Numbered from the stretch's first letter, positions 28,331-38,754 are shown. The stretch: 41,532 bases of DNA from Deltaproteobacteria bacterium (GCA_013349495.1 DUZK01000003.1:1-41532); one strand, 5' to 3'. Program-made: numbers and translations. Notes: generated by a model not told the origin, from the sequence alone.

Positions 28331-30073
28331 ATGGATAAAGAAGCACATGTTCATCCCCTCGGAACCCGCGCCAGAGTCTTACTGTCAAGCGTCTTTGGTC
28401 CCTATGCCCGAAACGACGAATACGGCAGTCGAAAAATCAATCCCATGGAGCTATACCACAACCAGGTCACGCGGATCCAAAAAGGGTTTTCCCTTCGCAT
28501 GTTTCACCGGTCCTTCGGGTTAATGCTGATCCAGGAAAATATCAAGGCTCCCTGCACGTTGCTCGATTTCCCCACTCTTGAACGGTTTATCGAAGAAATC
28601 CGGCAAAATGACTACGATATTGTCGGTATCAGTTCGATCATCCCGAATGTCGGCAAAGTCAGAGAAATGTGTAAACTCATCCGGCAACACCTACCCCATA
28701 CCATAATTGTGGTCGGCGGGCACATTGCGAACATGGCCGGAATCCAAGAGAGCATCGATGCCGATCATATCGTAAAAGGTGATGGTGTAAAATGGTTCAA
28801 GCAGTTTCTCGGTCAGGATAAAAAGACGCCTGTAAAACATCCCCCCGTAATTTCTGCACATGGTACCCGGTGTTTGGGGTTCACCATGCCTAACAAACCC
28901 GAAGATACAGCTGCTATTTTAATCCCTTCGGTGGGGTGTCCGGTGGGGTGTAATTTTTGCTCCACGTCTGCATTGTTCGGGGGCAAAGGCCAGTTTGTGA
29001 ATTTCTACGAAACCGGTGAAGAACTTTTCGAGGTCATGTGTCGGATCGAAAAAAAGTTGAAAAACCGATCCTTTTTTATCCTGGACGAAAATTTTCTGCT
29101 GCACCGTAAAAGAGCGCTCGGGTTGCTCGATTTAATGAAAAAAAATAACAAAAGCTGGATGTTAAACGTTTTCAGTTCCGCCCGGGTGTTGCAATCGTAC
29201 ACTATTGAACAACTCGTGGGGCTCGGCATCGGCTGGGTTTGGATGGGCCTCGAAGGCAAGGAAAGCCGGTATAGAAAGTTAAACGACATCGACACCATAG
29301 AGTTGGTGAAGTCTCTGCAGTCACACGGAATCCGTGTTCTCGGCTCCTCAATTATCGGCCTGGAAAACCACACCCCGGAAAATATCGATCAAATTATCGA
29401 TTATGCGGTGAGCCATGATACGGATTTTCATCAATTTATGCTCTATACCCCAAATCCAGGAACCCCGCTGTATGAGAAGCATAAGAAGGATGGAACGCTT
29501 TACAATGATTCGGAATTTCCCGTTGCCGACGCCCATGGTCAGTATCGATTCAATTATCGGCACAAGCATATTCATAACGGTCAGGAGGAGCAATTTCTTG
29601 TAAACGCCTTTCAGCAGGATTTTGCAGTCAACGGCCCCAGTCTTGCCAGATTGATCAAAACGATGCTCAAAGGATGGCTGCGGTACAAACATTATCCGGA
29701 TGCACGCATTCGTGACCGCTATGAATGGGAAGTGAAACCGTTGAAGACGACATATGCCGGTGCCGTCTGGGCGATGAAAAAGAGGTATCGGAAAAACAAA
29801 CAGATGAAAGAGAAGATGGATCACCTTTTTCAGGATATATGCAGAGAGTTCGGCTGGAAAACAAAAATGATTGCCCCCCTTGTCGGTGTTTGGGTTTACA
29901 TTACCCTGAAGGCTGAAGAAAAAAGATTGGCCAACGGCTGGACCTATGAGCCGCCTTCATTTTATGAAAAAAATGAAAAGGCTCTTGCTTTGAAAGGCAC
30001 CAAAATCTCGCGTGTAGTGCCTGAAATTACAGGAGTTCGCGGGAAGTACACCCCCTCTACACAGCAGTTATGA
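28331..30073 (+). CDS. Cobalamin-binding radical SAM protein (class B-like)
   Basis: B12-binding domain (DIVGISS, VVGG), CPVGCNFC, DENF, GLE, PGTPLY; AGGAG RBS. Confidence 0.9.
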   Translation: MDKEAHVHPLGTRARVLLSSVFGPYARNDEYGSRKINPMELYHNQVTRIQKGFSLRMFHRSFGLMLIQENIKAPCTLLDFPTLERFIEEIRQNDYDIVGISSIIPNVGKVREMCKLIRQHLPHTIIVVGGHIANMAGIQESIDADHIVKGDGVKWFKQFLGQDKKTPVKHPPVISAHGTRCLGFTMPNKPEDTAAILIPSVGCPVGCNFCSTSALFGGKGQFVNFYETGEELFEVMCRIEKKLKNRSFFILDENFLLHRKRALGLLDLMKKNNKSWMLNVFSSARVLQSYTIEQLVGLGIGWVWMGLEGKESRYRKLNDIDTIELVKSLQSHGIRVLGSSIIGLENHTPENIDQIIDYAVSHDTDFHQFMLYTPNPGTPLYEKHKKDGTLYNDSEFPVADAHGQYRFNYRHKHIHNGQEEQFLVNAFQQDFAVNGPSLARLIKTMLKGWLRYKHYPDARIRDRYEWEVKPLKTTYAGAVWAMKKRYRKNKQMKEKMDHLFQDICREFGWKTKMIAPLVGVWVYITLKAEEKRLANGWTYEPPSFYEKNEKALALKGTKISRVVPEITGVRGKYTPSTQQL

Positions 30074-30231
30074 GCAGATAATCCTCCCCTCGAACTGAAA
30101 CGCCCGATCGGGAGCTGTCAGCTAACCCGCAATATCCTACCTTATTCGGGCAAAAAGAGTTGAGAGATACCTCAGATATTTGTATGTTCTATTTGCTCAC
30201 CCTTCCGAAAGCTCATATGTAGATAAGAAAG

Positions 30232-31125
30232 GTGCATTATATGAGAATGATGCTTAGCGGGCTGACCTGGGCTTGCCTGGCTCCTGTTTTCTATGCCGCC
30301 ATGAGCAGTGCATCCAAACTGGCGGCTGCCCATCTGAATATCTGGCAGGTCGGGTTGGGTCGATTTATACTGGGGTTGGTGGTTGCACCCATTATTGTTC
30401 GCATTCTGGGGTTGGATCTATGGGGTCGCAAGCGATTTCTGTTGACCCTGAGGGGGTTGTGCGGATCGGTGGCTTTTTTACTGCTGGTGGCTTCATTCCA
30501 AAAAATTCCCCTCTCCCTCGCCATGGTCCTGTTCTACCTTTATCCTGCTTTTACCGCGCTTCTATCACCCTGGGTGGCCGGAGAGGCAGTTCCGAGATCC
30601 GCCTGGCCCTTTGTCATCGGCGCCTTTATCGGAACAACGGTTATCCTATGGCCGGTGGATTCGGACGGGAGCAGCATCGGACTGGGACATATTCTTGCCA
30701 TAATCGCATCGATTCTCTGCGCATTGACCCTTCTTCTGGTTCGACGGCTGGGAAAGGATAACAATATCTATACCCTGTTCTATTACCTTTGCCTCACAGG
30801 ATGTCTTGCCTGTCTCGGCCCCCTCCTCATACAAAAGGGTCCGATTTTACCGGTTGAATCCATTGCCTGGATGAAACTGGCGGCAGTGGCGGTTTTTTCC
30901 ATCGGCGCCCAGCTCACCATCAATCAAGCCCTGGTACAAATCCCGGCATCCAAAGTAAGCGTGATCATGACCGCCGAGGTGCCGCTGGTCGCCTGTTTTG
31001 GGATTGTTTTCTTAGGAGAGCCCCTGGACTGGCGCCTGCTGGCAGGAGCACTGTTCATTTTCGGCTCCGGGGTCGGGCTCAATCTGATTCCGGCATTATC
31101 CGATCGAGGCAATAAGAATAAATAG
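30232..31125 (+). CDS. DMT/EamA family transporter
   Basis: About 10 hydrophobic segments in two repeats; YLYPAF and LGE motifs; exact start uncertain. Confidence 0.88.
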   Translation: MHYMRMMLSGLTWACLAPVFYAAMSSASKLAAAHLNIWQVGLGRFILGLVVAPIIVRILGLDLWGRKRFLLTLRGLCGSVAFLLLVASFQKIPLSLAMVLFYLYPAFTALLSPWVAGEAVPRSAWPFVIGAFIGTTVILWPVDSDGSSIGLGHILAIIASILCALTLLLVRRLGKDNNIYTLFYYLCLTGCLACLGPLLIQKGPILPVESIAWMKLAAVAVFSIGAQLTINQALVQIPASKVSVIMTAEVPLVACFGIVFLGEPLDWRLLAGALFIFGSGVGLNLIPALSDRGNKNK

Positions 31126-31170
31126 GACGCAGATATACACAGATAATTGTTAATAGAGAGGAATTTCACC

Positions 31171-31584
31171 ATGCCGATTCATGACCCATTCGGTTTAGAC
31201 CTGGAAAAACTGTCTTCTTTACTCGACCAGCTTCCCGCGGCCGTCTCGATTTTAGATTTAGACGCCAACCTGGTATATTACAGCGAAAATGCCCCGAACT
31301 TCGTCAACAGAAAACCGGAATTTCTTGGACAGGACATCAGAAACTGTCACAAGCTCCAATCGAGCAATGAGAAGATCGATGCAATGATAGAGGGATTCAA
31401 GGCGGGAAGCCGTGAGCCGGTTTCGTACATTGCAAACCCTTACGGAGAGGACTTGCGGATAACCATCGTACCCTTTATCGTAGACGGCACGCTTATCGGC
31501 TGCATCCAGCATGTGGTTAAAAAGGAGAGTGAGTTGGAAAAAAGGGTCCGAGGATTCAAGGGGTCAAGTGGCCGAGGGTTTTAA
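31171..31584 (+). CDS. Stand-alone PAS-domain protein
   Basis: LDQLPAAVSILD..LVYY, LGQDIRNCH, GTLIGC; C-terminal tail encoded by repeat. Confidence 0.78.
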   Translation: MPIHDPFGLDLEKLSSLLDQLPAAVSILDLDANLVYYSENAPNFVNRKPEFLGQDIRNCHKLQSSNEKIDAMIEGFKAGSREPVSYIANPYGEDLRITIVPFIVDGTLIGCIQHVVKKESELEKRVRGFKGSSGRGF

Positions 31585-31633
31585 TCATAAAGTATTTCAC
31601 TCGAATCCTTGAATCCTTGACCCCTTGAACCCT
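31544..31633. repeat. Inverted arms of 8-nt TTGAnnCC-type tandem units between convergent genes
   Basis: ggattcaa-ggggtcaa and ctcgaatc-cttgaatc-cttgaccc-cttgaacc; the same unit occurs at about 19125-19158. Confidence 0.7.
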
Positions 31634-31682
31634 TATGATATCAACAACTTTTTTGGAGATGATCCCAATTTATTAGGCACTG

Positions 31683-32717
31683 CTATACACGAATAGGATA
31701 TCGGCCGTATTTTTTCACCGCCTCGGACATGGCCATCACGCATTCGGGCTTCAAATAGGATGCCAGACTGTTTCCGCTGGTGAGTACATACCCGCCGCCC
31801 GGTGCGACATCCCGGATCAATTCCCTGACCTCCCTGTCCGTATCTTCCGGAGTACCTGCCCCGAGAATGTTCAAATCGAGATTGCCCAGCAAACAAACCC
31901 TGTCCCCGTATGCTTTTTTTACAGCGGCAATATCCATGGCCCCTTTTTCAATGGGATGAAACCCCGCCACCCCCAGATCGATAAAAAGATCCATTACCTC
32001 CGAAATGTCCCCGTCACTATGCAATATCCACGGAATAGTGACCTTCTCCAGGACTTTCCGATACCGGGGCACCAGCAATTCTTTAAACACCTGAGGTGCA
32101 AACATGAGGCCCGACTTGTGGGCGAAGTCATCGGTGGTCCAGAATAGGTCGAAACCGATCTTGCACATGCGGTCCGCCACCACGACCATCCAGTCAAAAT
32201 ACATATCCAGCATCTTTTCCACCATGGCCGGCTTATCATAAAGCGCCATGGAGAATCTTTCTAAACCGAGACTCAAAACCACCTGAAAAAACCCGATCCG
32301 TGTCACAAAGCATGTGACATAATCCCCTTTCTCGGCAATAAATTCTTCAGCTTCAGCATAAAGTTTGTCATCATGAGGATCCGGCAGATCGATCATTGAC
32401 AGATCATCTTCAGTCCTGATCTTTCCGTCCCCTACAAATGTTCTGCCGTCGATTCCTTTATGCATATGGGCATAGGTCGGTGCACGCAGGATGTAGCTGA
32501 TGTTGTCGAGGCCGATATGCGCCGCAATGGCTTTTGATTCTTCCACTGTATAGGGGTTCTCAGATCTGCTGCTGGTACCGACATCCGCCACATCATCCCA
32601 ATCCAACAATTTCTGGGCCAGACCGCGATCCACTGCGATATCGCAAAACGGCACCCGGTCCGGTTCCTTTAAACTTATGGCCTGCAACACTCGTTCGCGT
32701 GAAGTCATCTCCATCAT
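31683..32717 (-). CDS. URO-D/MtaA-CmuA family protein
   Basis: MTSRERV..EPDRVP, TDDFA, HSDGD, LLGNLD, GGGYVLTSGNS. Confidence 0.87.
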   Translation of the reverse strand: MMEMTSRERVLQAISLKEPDRVPFCDIAVDRGLAQKLLDWDDVADVGTSSRSENPYTVEESKAIAAHIGLDNISYILRAPTYAHMHKGIDGRTFVGDGKIRTEDDLSMIDLPDPHDDKLYAEAEEFIAEKGDYVTCFVTRIGFFQVVLSLGLERFSMALYDKPAMVEKMLDMYFDWMVVVADRMCKIGFDLFWTTDDFAHKSGLMFAPQVFKELLVPRYRKVLEKVTIPWILHSDGDISEVMDLFIDLGVAGFHPIEKGAMDIAAVKKAYGDRVCLLGNLDLNILGAGTPEDTDREVRELIRDVAPGGGYVLTSGNSLASYLKPECVMAMSEAVKKYGRYPIRV

Positions 32718-32820
32718 TAAACCTCCCGATTGCTGAAATCCGCCTTTCCGATGTTCAGTAGTATGACACTCCGGAATGGTGATATTATGTTCAAGGTCGG
32801 TTAAGGGATCAGCTTTTTAG

Positions 32821-33903
32821 TCAGAACAAGATCATACATTTTTGCGGATTTAGAAACAGGTAGAGTTCTTGTCCTTCTTCTTGCGGCAGGTGATGCGGAA
32901 CCTGCACCCTGATCATCGTCTCATTGACGCTTACGAAAAAGTACAGAAAGTTACCCAAGTATGCTTTATGGGCAATGGTACCCTTGAACAGGTTCTCCGT
33001 GACTTGAGGTGGCTCCGTAAATACTTCCACATCCTCGGGTCGTATAGATGCATACACTTTTTTTCCCGGTGTTGTTTCCGTGATGCTACTAGTCGTACAC
33101 AGCATCTTCTCGCTGAATTCGGTACGTACGTAAACCGCATCCGTATCCTGGGGGATCTGGACGACCTCACCGGACATAAAGTTCATGGTGCCGATGAAAT
33201 CGGCGACGAATCTATTGGCGGGCTTTTCATATATCTCCCGCGCAGTGCCTATTTGAACCACGTTCCCCGAGTCCATGACAGCGATGCGATCAGATATAAC
33301 CATGGCCTCGGCCTGGTCGTGGGTGACGTAGACCGATGTAATGCCCATCCGTCTTACCAGGCTCTTGATTTCAAATCTCAACTCTTCTCTGAGCTTGGCA
33401 TCCAGGTTGCTCAGCGGTTCATCCAATAGTAATACTTTAGGATTGGTCACGAGAGCCCGTGCAAGCGCCACCCTCTGCTGCTGCCCCCCGCTCAATTGAG
33501 ACGGGTATCTGTTTTCCAGGCCATCTAAACCCACCAACTCCAATACCTGCTGCGCCCTTTCTCGGATACTTTGCCTGGATATCTTCTGAAGTTTCAAGCC
33601 GTAGACGATATTATTGAATACCTTCATATGCGGCCATACGGCATAGTTTTGGAACACCATGCCGATTCCTCTTTTTGACGGTGGGACAAATCCTTCCGAA
33701 AGCATGGGCTGGCCGTCAATAACGATATCCCCCTCCTCCGGTTTCTCCAACCCGGCAATGCAACGCAAGGTGGTTGTTTTACCACAACCGCTGGGCCCAA
33801 GCATTGTCAACAATTCTCCTTTGTTCACTTCGAGCTGTATGCGATTTACTGCCACGACGTCCTTATAGCGCTTGAACAGGCTTTGGATTTCTATAAATGC
33901 CAT
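32821..33903 (-). CDS. ABC transporter ATP-binding protein (FbpC/PotA-like, TOBE domain)
   Basis: GPSGCGKT, LSGGQQQR, LLLDEP. Confidence 0.95.
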   Translation of the reverse strand: MAFIEIQSLFKRYKDVVAVNRIQLEVNKGELLTMLGPSGCGKTTTLRCIAGLEKPEEGDIVIDGQPMLSEGFVPPSKRGIGMVFQNYAVWPHMKVFNNIVYGLKLQKISRQSIRERAQQVLELVGLDGLENRYPSQLSGGQQQRVALARALVTNPKVLLLDEPLSNLDAKLREELRFEIKSLVRRMGITSVYVTHDQAEAMVISDRIAVMDSGNVVQIGTAREIYEKPANRFVADFIGTMNFMSGEVVQIPQDTDAVYVRTEFSEKMLCTTSSITETTPGKKVYASIRPEDVEVFTEPPQVTENLFKGTIAHKAYLGNFLYFFVSVNETMIRVQVPHHLPQEEGQELYLFLNPQKCMILF

Positions 33904-33924
33904 TGAATTTGTCTCCTTAACATT

Positions 33925-34098
33925 GGGTTCAGCGTTCAGCGTTCATGGTTCAGCGTTGAAGATTATTTAAAACATGAAGCACTGAATCCCTCACCCCTCA
34001 TATGAGACTCCGCAAGGTTGAAGTCTATTTTTCGATCAAACTGGCTGCTTCGGTGGCCAGCGGTGGCGCTGACACCTGAAACCCGAAACCTGACACCT
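33925..34098. repeat. Cluster of 7-nt tandem repeats and a GC hairpin inside the ABC operon
   Basis: gttcagc units at about 33927-33957; ctggc..gccag hairpin at 34041-34058; ctgacac/ctgaaac/ccgaaac units at 34069-34098. Confidence 0.65.
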
Positions 34099-35775
34099 CT
34101 AATTTTCGCCGGCGCCCCAGGCGGCTTTGAGGACGCCCCCCCCGATTCTTGATATAATCAGCAGAAGAATGAAAGTGATCACAATCATCAGAAAAGCCAT
34201 AGCGGCGGCGATTCCGAATTCCATGCCGCGATGCCAGTTCAAATAGATTCCAATGGGCAAGGTTTCCCATCCTCCTTTATAGAGAAATACCGCGGTGGAG
34301 ATCTCCTGGAACGCCATGATGAAGAACATCACTACGCCGACGAGTACCCCTTTGAGCAGCAACGGCAATGATATATTGAAAAAAGTTCTGATTTTACCTG
34401 CGCCCGATACTTCGGAGGCTTCCTCGAGCGAAGGATCCAACTGCAAGTAGGAAGAGTGCGCCATCCGCAAAAAATACGGAAGCCGCCTTGCAAACAGGGC
34501 TATGGGCATAATGATCCAATACTGGGCTAAGGGTATGCCTTTCCAAAATGCCAGGATATAACTCACACCGATCGCGATACCCGGAAACGCCAGCATCAGT
34601 GTGATCACAAAGTCGAGCGCATCTTTGCCCGGGACACGGGTGCGGACGATGAGATAGGCGACCGGAAGCCCGAATGCGATCCCGAAAATCAGGGCGATTC
34701 CGCTGAAAAGGAAGGAGTTTTTTATCAGGCCCGGGCTTTCCAGAAGGATCAGCCTGAAATTTTCGAGGGTCCAATAGGTTGGAAACGGCTCAAAGACCCA
34801 TCTTCTGGAAAAAGCGGCTAACCCCAGTACAATCGGAATGAGCAGGACAAGAATGGCGATAAAAATCATGTACACATACGCGCCCGATTTTACCAGCGCG
34901 CTTGGCTCGATCACTCTGCCTTCAGATGTTGTTCCTTTTGAAAGACCGGTATATTTTTTCTTCTCGACCCACCACCTGGCAAGTAAAAAGAGGGAAATGC
35001 AGACGATGGAAGAAACGACCACCGCCACGATCCCCATGTACTTGCGGTGCATATCGGTAAAGTGATAGGAGATGTTGATGTACGCAACCGATGGGAGAAA
35101 GTCCACCTGGCCCAAAATCAATGGCGTGAGCCAGTCTGTAAAGGGCCATAGGAATACGAGGACTGCGCCCGCCAGATAACTTGGGGTGCAGAGAGGCAAG
35201 GTGACGGTAAAAAATCTCCTAAAGCCACTGGCGCCCTCGACTTCGGCGGCTTCTTCAAAGGAGGGGTCTATGTTGGTGAAACCTGCTGAAAGACCAAGGA
35301 CGATAAAAGGGAGCATATGCAGGGATTGAATGAACACCAGCCCTTGCAGCCCGTAGATAAAATTTATGGGTTTCTCAACCAACCCGATTCCCATCAGGAG
35401 CAGATTCACCGTTCCATACTTGCCGAAAAAGATGATGAATGCAAATACGCCGGCGAAAGCGGGCAAAACAATCGGCAAAAGGATTAGGGCTGTGAAAACC
35501 GTCTTCCCCCAGTGTCTGTATCTCGCCAAAATGTATGCCAGGGGCACCCCGAACACGGTTGTCGTCAGGAGCACCAGCGTACTCAGAAACAGGGTATTTA
35601 CAAAGGTTTTCAGATAATACGCGTCCTGGAAAAATTCTATGTAATTGCCTATGCCCCAGCCACCGGTTTTGGCGATTTTGAAGCTTTCCAGCACCAGAAT
35701 TGACAGCGGATAAATCACAAGGAAGGCAATGACCAACCACAGGAGTGCTGCCAGAGAGATATTGCCGCGAGACAT
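34099..35775 (-). CDS. ABC permease, FbpB-like double domain
   Basis: Two EAA loops (FEEAAEVEGA, LEEASEVSGA). Confidence 0.93.
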   Translation of the reverse strand: MSRGNISLAALLWLVIAFLVIYPLSILVLESFKIAKTGGWGIGNYIEFFQDAYYLKTFVNTLFLSTLVLLTTTVFGVPLAYILARYRHWGKTVFTALILLPIVLPAFAGVFAFIIFFGKYGTVNLLLMGIGLVEKPINFIYGLQGLVFIQSLHMLPFIVLGLSAGFTNIDPSFEEAAEVEGASGFRRFFTVTLPLCTPSYLAGAVLVFLWPFTDWLTPLILGQVDFLPSVAYINISYHFTDMHRKYMGIVAVVVSSIVCISLFLLARWWVEKKKYTGLSKGTTSEGRVIEPSALVKSGAYVYMIFIAILVLLIPIVLGLAAFSRRWVFEPFPTYWTLENFRLILLESPGLIKNSFLFSGIALIFGIAFGLPVAYLIVRTRVPGKDALDFVITLMLAFPGIAIGVSYILAFWKGIPLAQYWIIMPIALFARRLPYFLRMAHSSYLQLDPSLEEASEVSGAGKIRTFFNISLPLLLKGVLVGVVMFFIMAFQEISTAVFLYKGGWETLPIGIYLNWHRGMEFGIAAAMAFLMIVITFILLLIISRIGGGVLKAAWGAGEN

Positions 35776-35852
35776 ATCAAATCCTTTACTCGGCCGGATG
35801 ATCCGGAACCAAAGAGGTGAATTTCAATCCAAGAAGTGCCTATCTATAATAC

Positions 35853-35890
35853 TTGATGCACGGGTCAGCATTGGCTAACCCGTGCATCAA
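35853..35890. terminator. Intergenic hairpin between binding protein and permease (stabiliser or partial terminator)
   Basis: ttgatgcacgggt / acccgtgcatcaa 13-bp stem. Confidence 0.6.
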
Positions 35891-35921
35891 AGCCGGTGGT
35901 TATTCTGACTTGATGTTGCCG

Positions 35922-37223
35922 TCACGGCGAGACAAGCAGAGCGCGTGCCTTCGCTGCAGCCAAGCGGGCTGCGGCATACTTGCCATCTATCTCGAAAAGG
36001 TCTCTGGCTTCTTTTATTTTCGCCTCAGCCTTTGCCACGTCCATCTTCTCGGCTTTGGCTGCGTTTATTTCTCCCTCTACCTCTTCTATCAGGAAGAGAC
36101 TGCTTTTCAACTCGCCCCACTTTCGGTAGATCTCGTACTCGTATTTCTTGTTGACTTCGTCCCATCTCTTTGTCGCAAGCTCCAGGTCGTATTCAATGAA
36201 GTCGACTTTCAGATCCCAGAACGAATCAACTCCCAGCGCCTTCTGGGCGTGCTTGGCCATTTCGACGCCTTCTTTTTCCCACACGGAAAATTTGATGTCC
36301 GTCCTGGCAGCGAAATAACGGCCCTCCAGCACGTATTTTTGTCCGTCCATGCTGAATAACCAGTCCAGAAAGATCTTTCCGACGGCTTCGTTGGGCGCGC
36401 CTTTCAGCAAAGCCACTGCCTCAGGAACCAGGATCGTTTTTTCCGGAAGCAGATCACGTACGGGAAAGCCGTCTTTGCGTGCAGCCATGGCGTTCATTTG
36501 CGGCTGCGCAATCCCGATGGGAATTTCGCCACGGGCCACTAACTGGGTCGTATCCGTACTGCCGGTGGAGAAGCGGGCTAACTGCGCCGCCAACAATCTG
36601 AGATATCTCCAGGCTTCCTTTTCTCCAAATGCCTGTATGAGAATTTCAATGGCTTCATGCATGGTACCTGAGGCATATGGCAGCGTATGCACGATGTTGC
36701 CCCTGTAGATAGGATTGAGTAGATCGTTCCACGTTTTTGGCGCCGGCAGCTTGAGTATTTTCAAAACCTTCTCGTTATATAGATTGGTGACGATCCAGGG
36801 CGCGAAACAGGTCCATAAATCGCCCTTATCCTTTACCTTCATGCCGTGCCAATCGGCGGGAACCATATCCCAACCCTTTGGCTTGTATGGGACGATCAGT
36901 CCCTCTTTCTTTAAGACTTCATGCGCTGGAGCGCCTGCGCCCAGGAAGATGTCGGCATCGGGTTTGCCGCCCCATGCTCTCACTTTATCCAAACAGACCG
37001 GCCACCCACCCGGCCGCACGAACGTGATGTCCACGTCCTTACCATAGGTCTTCTTATAGTACGCCTTGAAACCCTTGGTCAGACTGGCGGACAACTCCTT
37101 GTAAACGGGACCGACCCAGCCTATTTTATCTGCGGCTTGCACTTCTGCTGAAAAGATCGGCAGGAGCATCAGTGCCATTGAAAGGGCAGTAAAGATTGTT
37201 GCGGTCAAGATTCTTTTTCTCAT
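35922..37223 (-). CDS. ABC substrate-binding protein (FbpA/AfuA-like) with C-terminal helical extension
   Basis: AAAGGAGG RBS, signal peptide, PDADIF, PKTWNDLL, ASGT, FLDWLFS..GQ. Confidence 0.88.
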   Translation of the reverse strand: MRKRILTATIFTALSMALMLLPIFSAEVQAADKIGWVGPVYKELSASLTKGFKAYYKKTYGKDVDITFVRPGGWPVCLDKVRAWGGKPDADIFLGAGAPAHEVLKKEGLIVPYKPKGWDMVPADWHGMKVKDKGDLWTCFAPWIVTNLYNEKVLKILKLPAPKTWNDLLNPIYRGNIVHTLPYASGTMHEAIEILIQAFGEKEAWRYLRLLAAQLARFSTGSTDTTQLVARGEIPIGIAQPQMNAMAARKDGFPVRDLLPEKTILVPEAVALLKGAPNEAVGKIFLDWLFSMDGQKYVLEGRYFAARTDIKFSVWEKEGVEMAKHAQKALGVDSFWDLKVDFIEYDLELATKRWDEVNKKYEYEIYRKWGELKSSLFLIEEVEGEINAAKAEKMDVAKAEAKIKEARDLFEIDGKYAAARLAAAKARALLVSP

Positions 37224-37673
37224 TATGACCTCCTTTGAAGTGACATTGTCACATTTGAAAAAAATAGAAATTTCGTTATCCTGAATCACTTCCTGTTGTA
37301 AAAGCTTCCTCGGTAAGTCGACGACCCGAAATCCCGCCATCAAATCTTCCTGTCATCACCTCCTTTTGACACGGGTTTTTAACTGATGTTGCACTCTAAA
37401 CAGGATAGAAATAAATGTCAAAAAAAAAAACGAGGCCTCTTTTGATATTCCACAAAAACCGGAGTGATCGGTCGAATAATTTATTTCAATATATTCAGTC
37501 TCTTAAAGGATTTGAGAAGGTTACCGCGCCATCGACTATTGACAACTTTCGTTTCGGAGATGTAGATACCCGAAGGCGTTCTAAAATAAAACCCATCTCG
37601 AAAAAGCGTTTTGGCGGCTATCCGCTGTGTTCGTCGCATAATCAATAACCAATAACTTCAAAAGGAGGGTCCT

Positions 37674-38720
37674 ATGAAAAAATCCGCTTGGTATCGTTGG
37701 ATGGTATTACTAGGTGCTGCTGGTTTTGTTTTTTGTACAGCTCTGCTCTATTTTGAATCGCCGGCAGCTGCCAATGACTGCAAAAATCGTGGAGATTTGG
37801 ATGTGATTTTTTGCGATGAAAACGGTGATCTGCTCGCAGACACACCCACGGATCCGAAAAAACTACTTGATCCGGACACACTCGTTTTTTCCTATACCGC
37901 TGTCGAAGACCCGTCTGTTTATGAAAATGTTTTTAGTGAACTCATGCAGCATATGGCCAAGATAACCGGCAAACAGGTGAAGTGGTATGGTCCTGAATCG
38001 TACGCCGCCCAGGTGGAAGCCATGCGATCCGGCCGGTTGCACGCATCCGGTTTTGCTGCCGGTGCGACGGTGTACGGCGTGAATCTTGCCGGTTTTCATC
38101 CTGCGGCCATGATGGGCTTAAAAGACGGCGGCTTCAGGGGCTACAAACTGTGGTTAATCACCCACAAAGACTCTGATATCAAAACAATCCAGGACCTAAA
38201 GGGGCGTAAAGTTGCACATGTAACGCCCTCTTCAAATTCCGGAAACCAGGCGCCTCGAGCATTGTTCAAGAGTATGGGTATCGTGCCGGATGTAGACTAC
38301 AAGGTCATTTATTCAGGTAAACACGACAATTCCATCATGGGTGTTGTGAATCGGGACTATGATGCGGCACCGGTTGCCTCCACCGTGATGCAGCGGATGA
38401 TGGAAAGGGGTATGTTCGACAAGTCGGAGGTCCGCATTATCTGGGAGTCGGATAAATTCCCCGGTTCGGCCTACGGGTATGTCAATACGTTGGCTCCTAA
38501 ATTGCAGAAACTGGTAAGCGAAGCTTTCCTGACATTTGACTGGAAGGGAACTGGACTCGGCGAAGAGTTCGGAAAACGAGCCGATATATTCATTCCGGTT
38601 GACTATGTGAAAGACTGGAAAGTCATCCGCACCATCCAGAAAGCAAACAATGTCGTATACAGCCAGGATGGATTGAATGCATTGAAGGTCGAAAAGACAC
38701 CGAAAAAAAAGAAGAAATAA
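37674..38720 (+). CDS. phnD: Phosphate/phosphite/phosphonate ABC substrate-binding protein
   Basis: [20 protein letters not shown] motifs; context with phnC and phnE. Confidence 0.88.
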   Translation: MKKSAWYRWMVLLGAAGFVFCTALLYFESPAAANDCKNRGDLDVIFCDENGDLLADTPTDPKKLLDPDTLVFSYTAVEDPSVYENVFSELMQHMAKITGKQVKWYGPESYAAQVEAMRSGRLHASGFAAGATVYGVNLAGFHPAAMMGLKDGGFRGYKLWLITHKDSDIKTIQDLKGRKVAHVTPSSNSGNQAPRALFKSMGIVPDVDYKVIYSGKHDNSIMGVVNRDYDAAPVASTVMQRMMERGMFDKSEVRIIWESDKFPGSAYGYVNTLAPKLQKLVSEAFLTFDWKGTGLGEEFGKRADIFIPVDYVKDWKVIRTIQKANNVVYSQDGLNALKVEKTPKKKKK

Positions 38721-38754
38721 CATTCGACGGCGCTGCGACGCATGGAATTGGGTT

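Noticed and set aside
30110-30132. gtcagctaacccg resembling the 3' end of a c-di-AMP (ydaO) riboswitch
   Set aside because: The upstream conserved elements of the aptamer are not present.
37224-37343. 40-aa N-terminal extension of the binding protein
   Set aside because: A strong RBS and signal peptide support the start at 37223.
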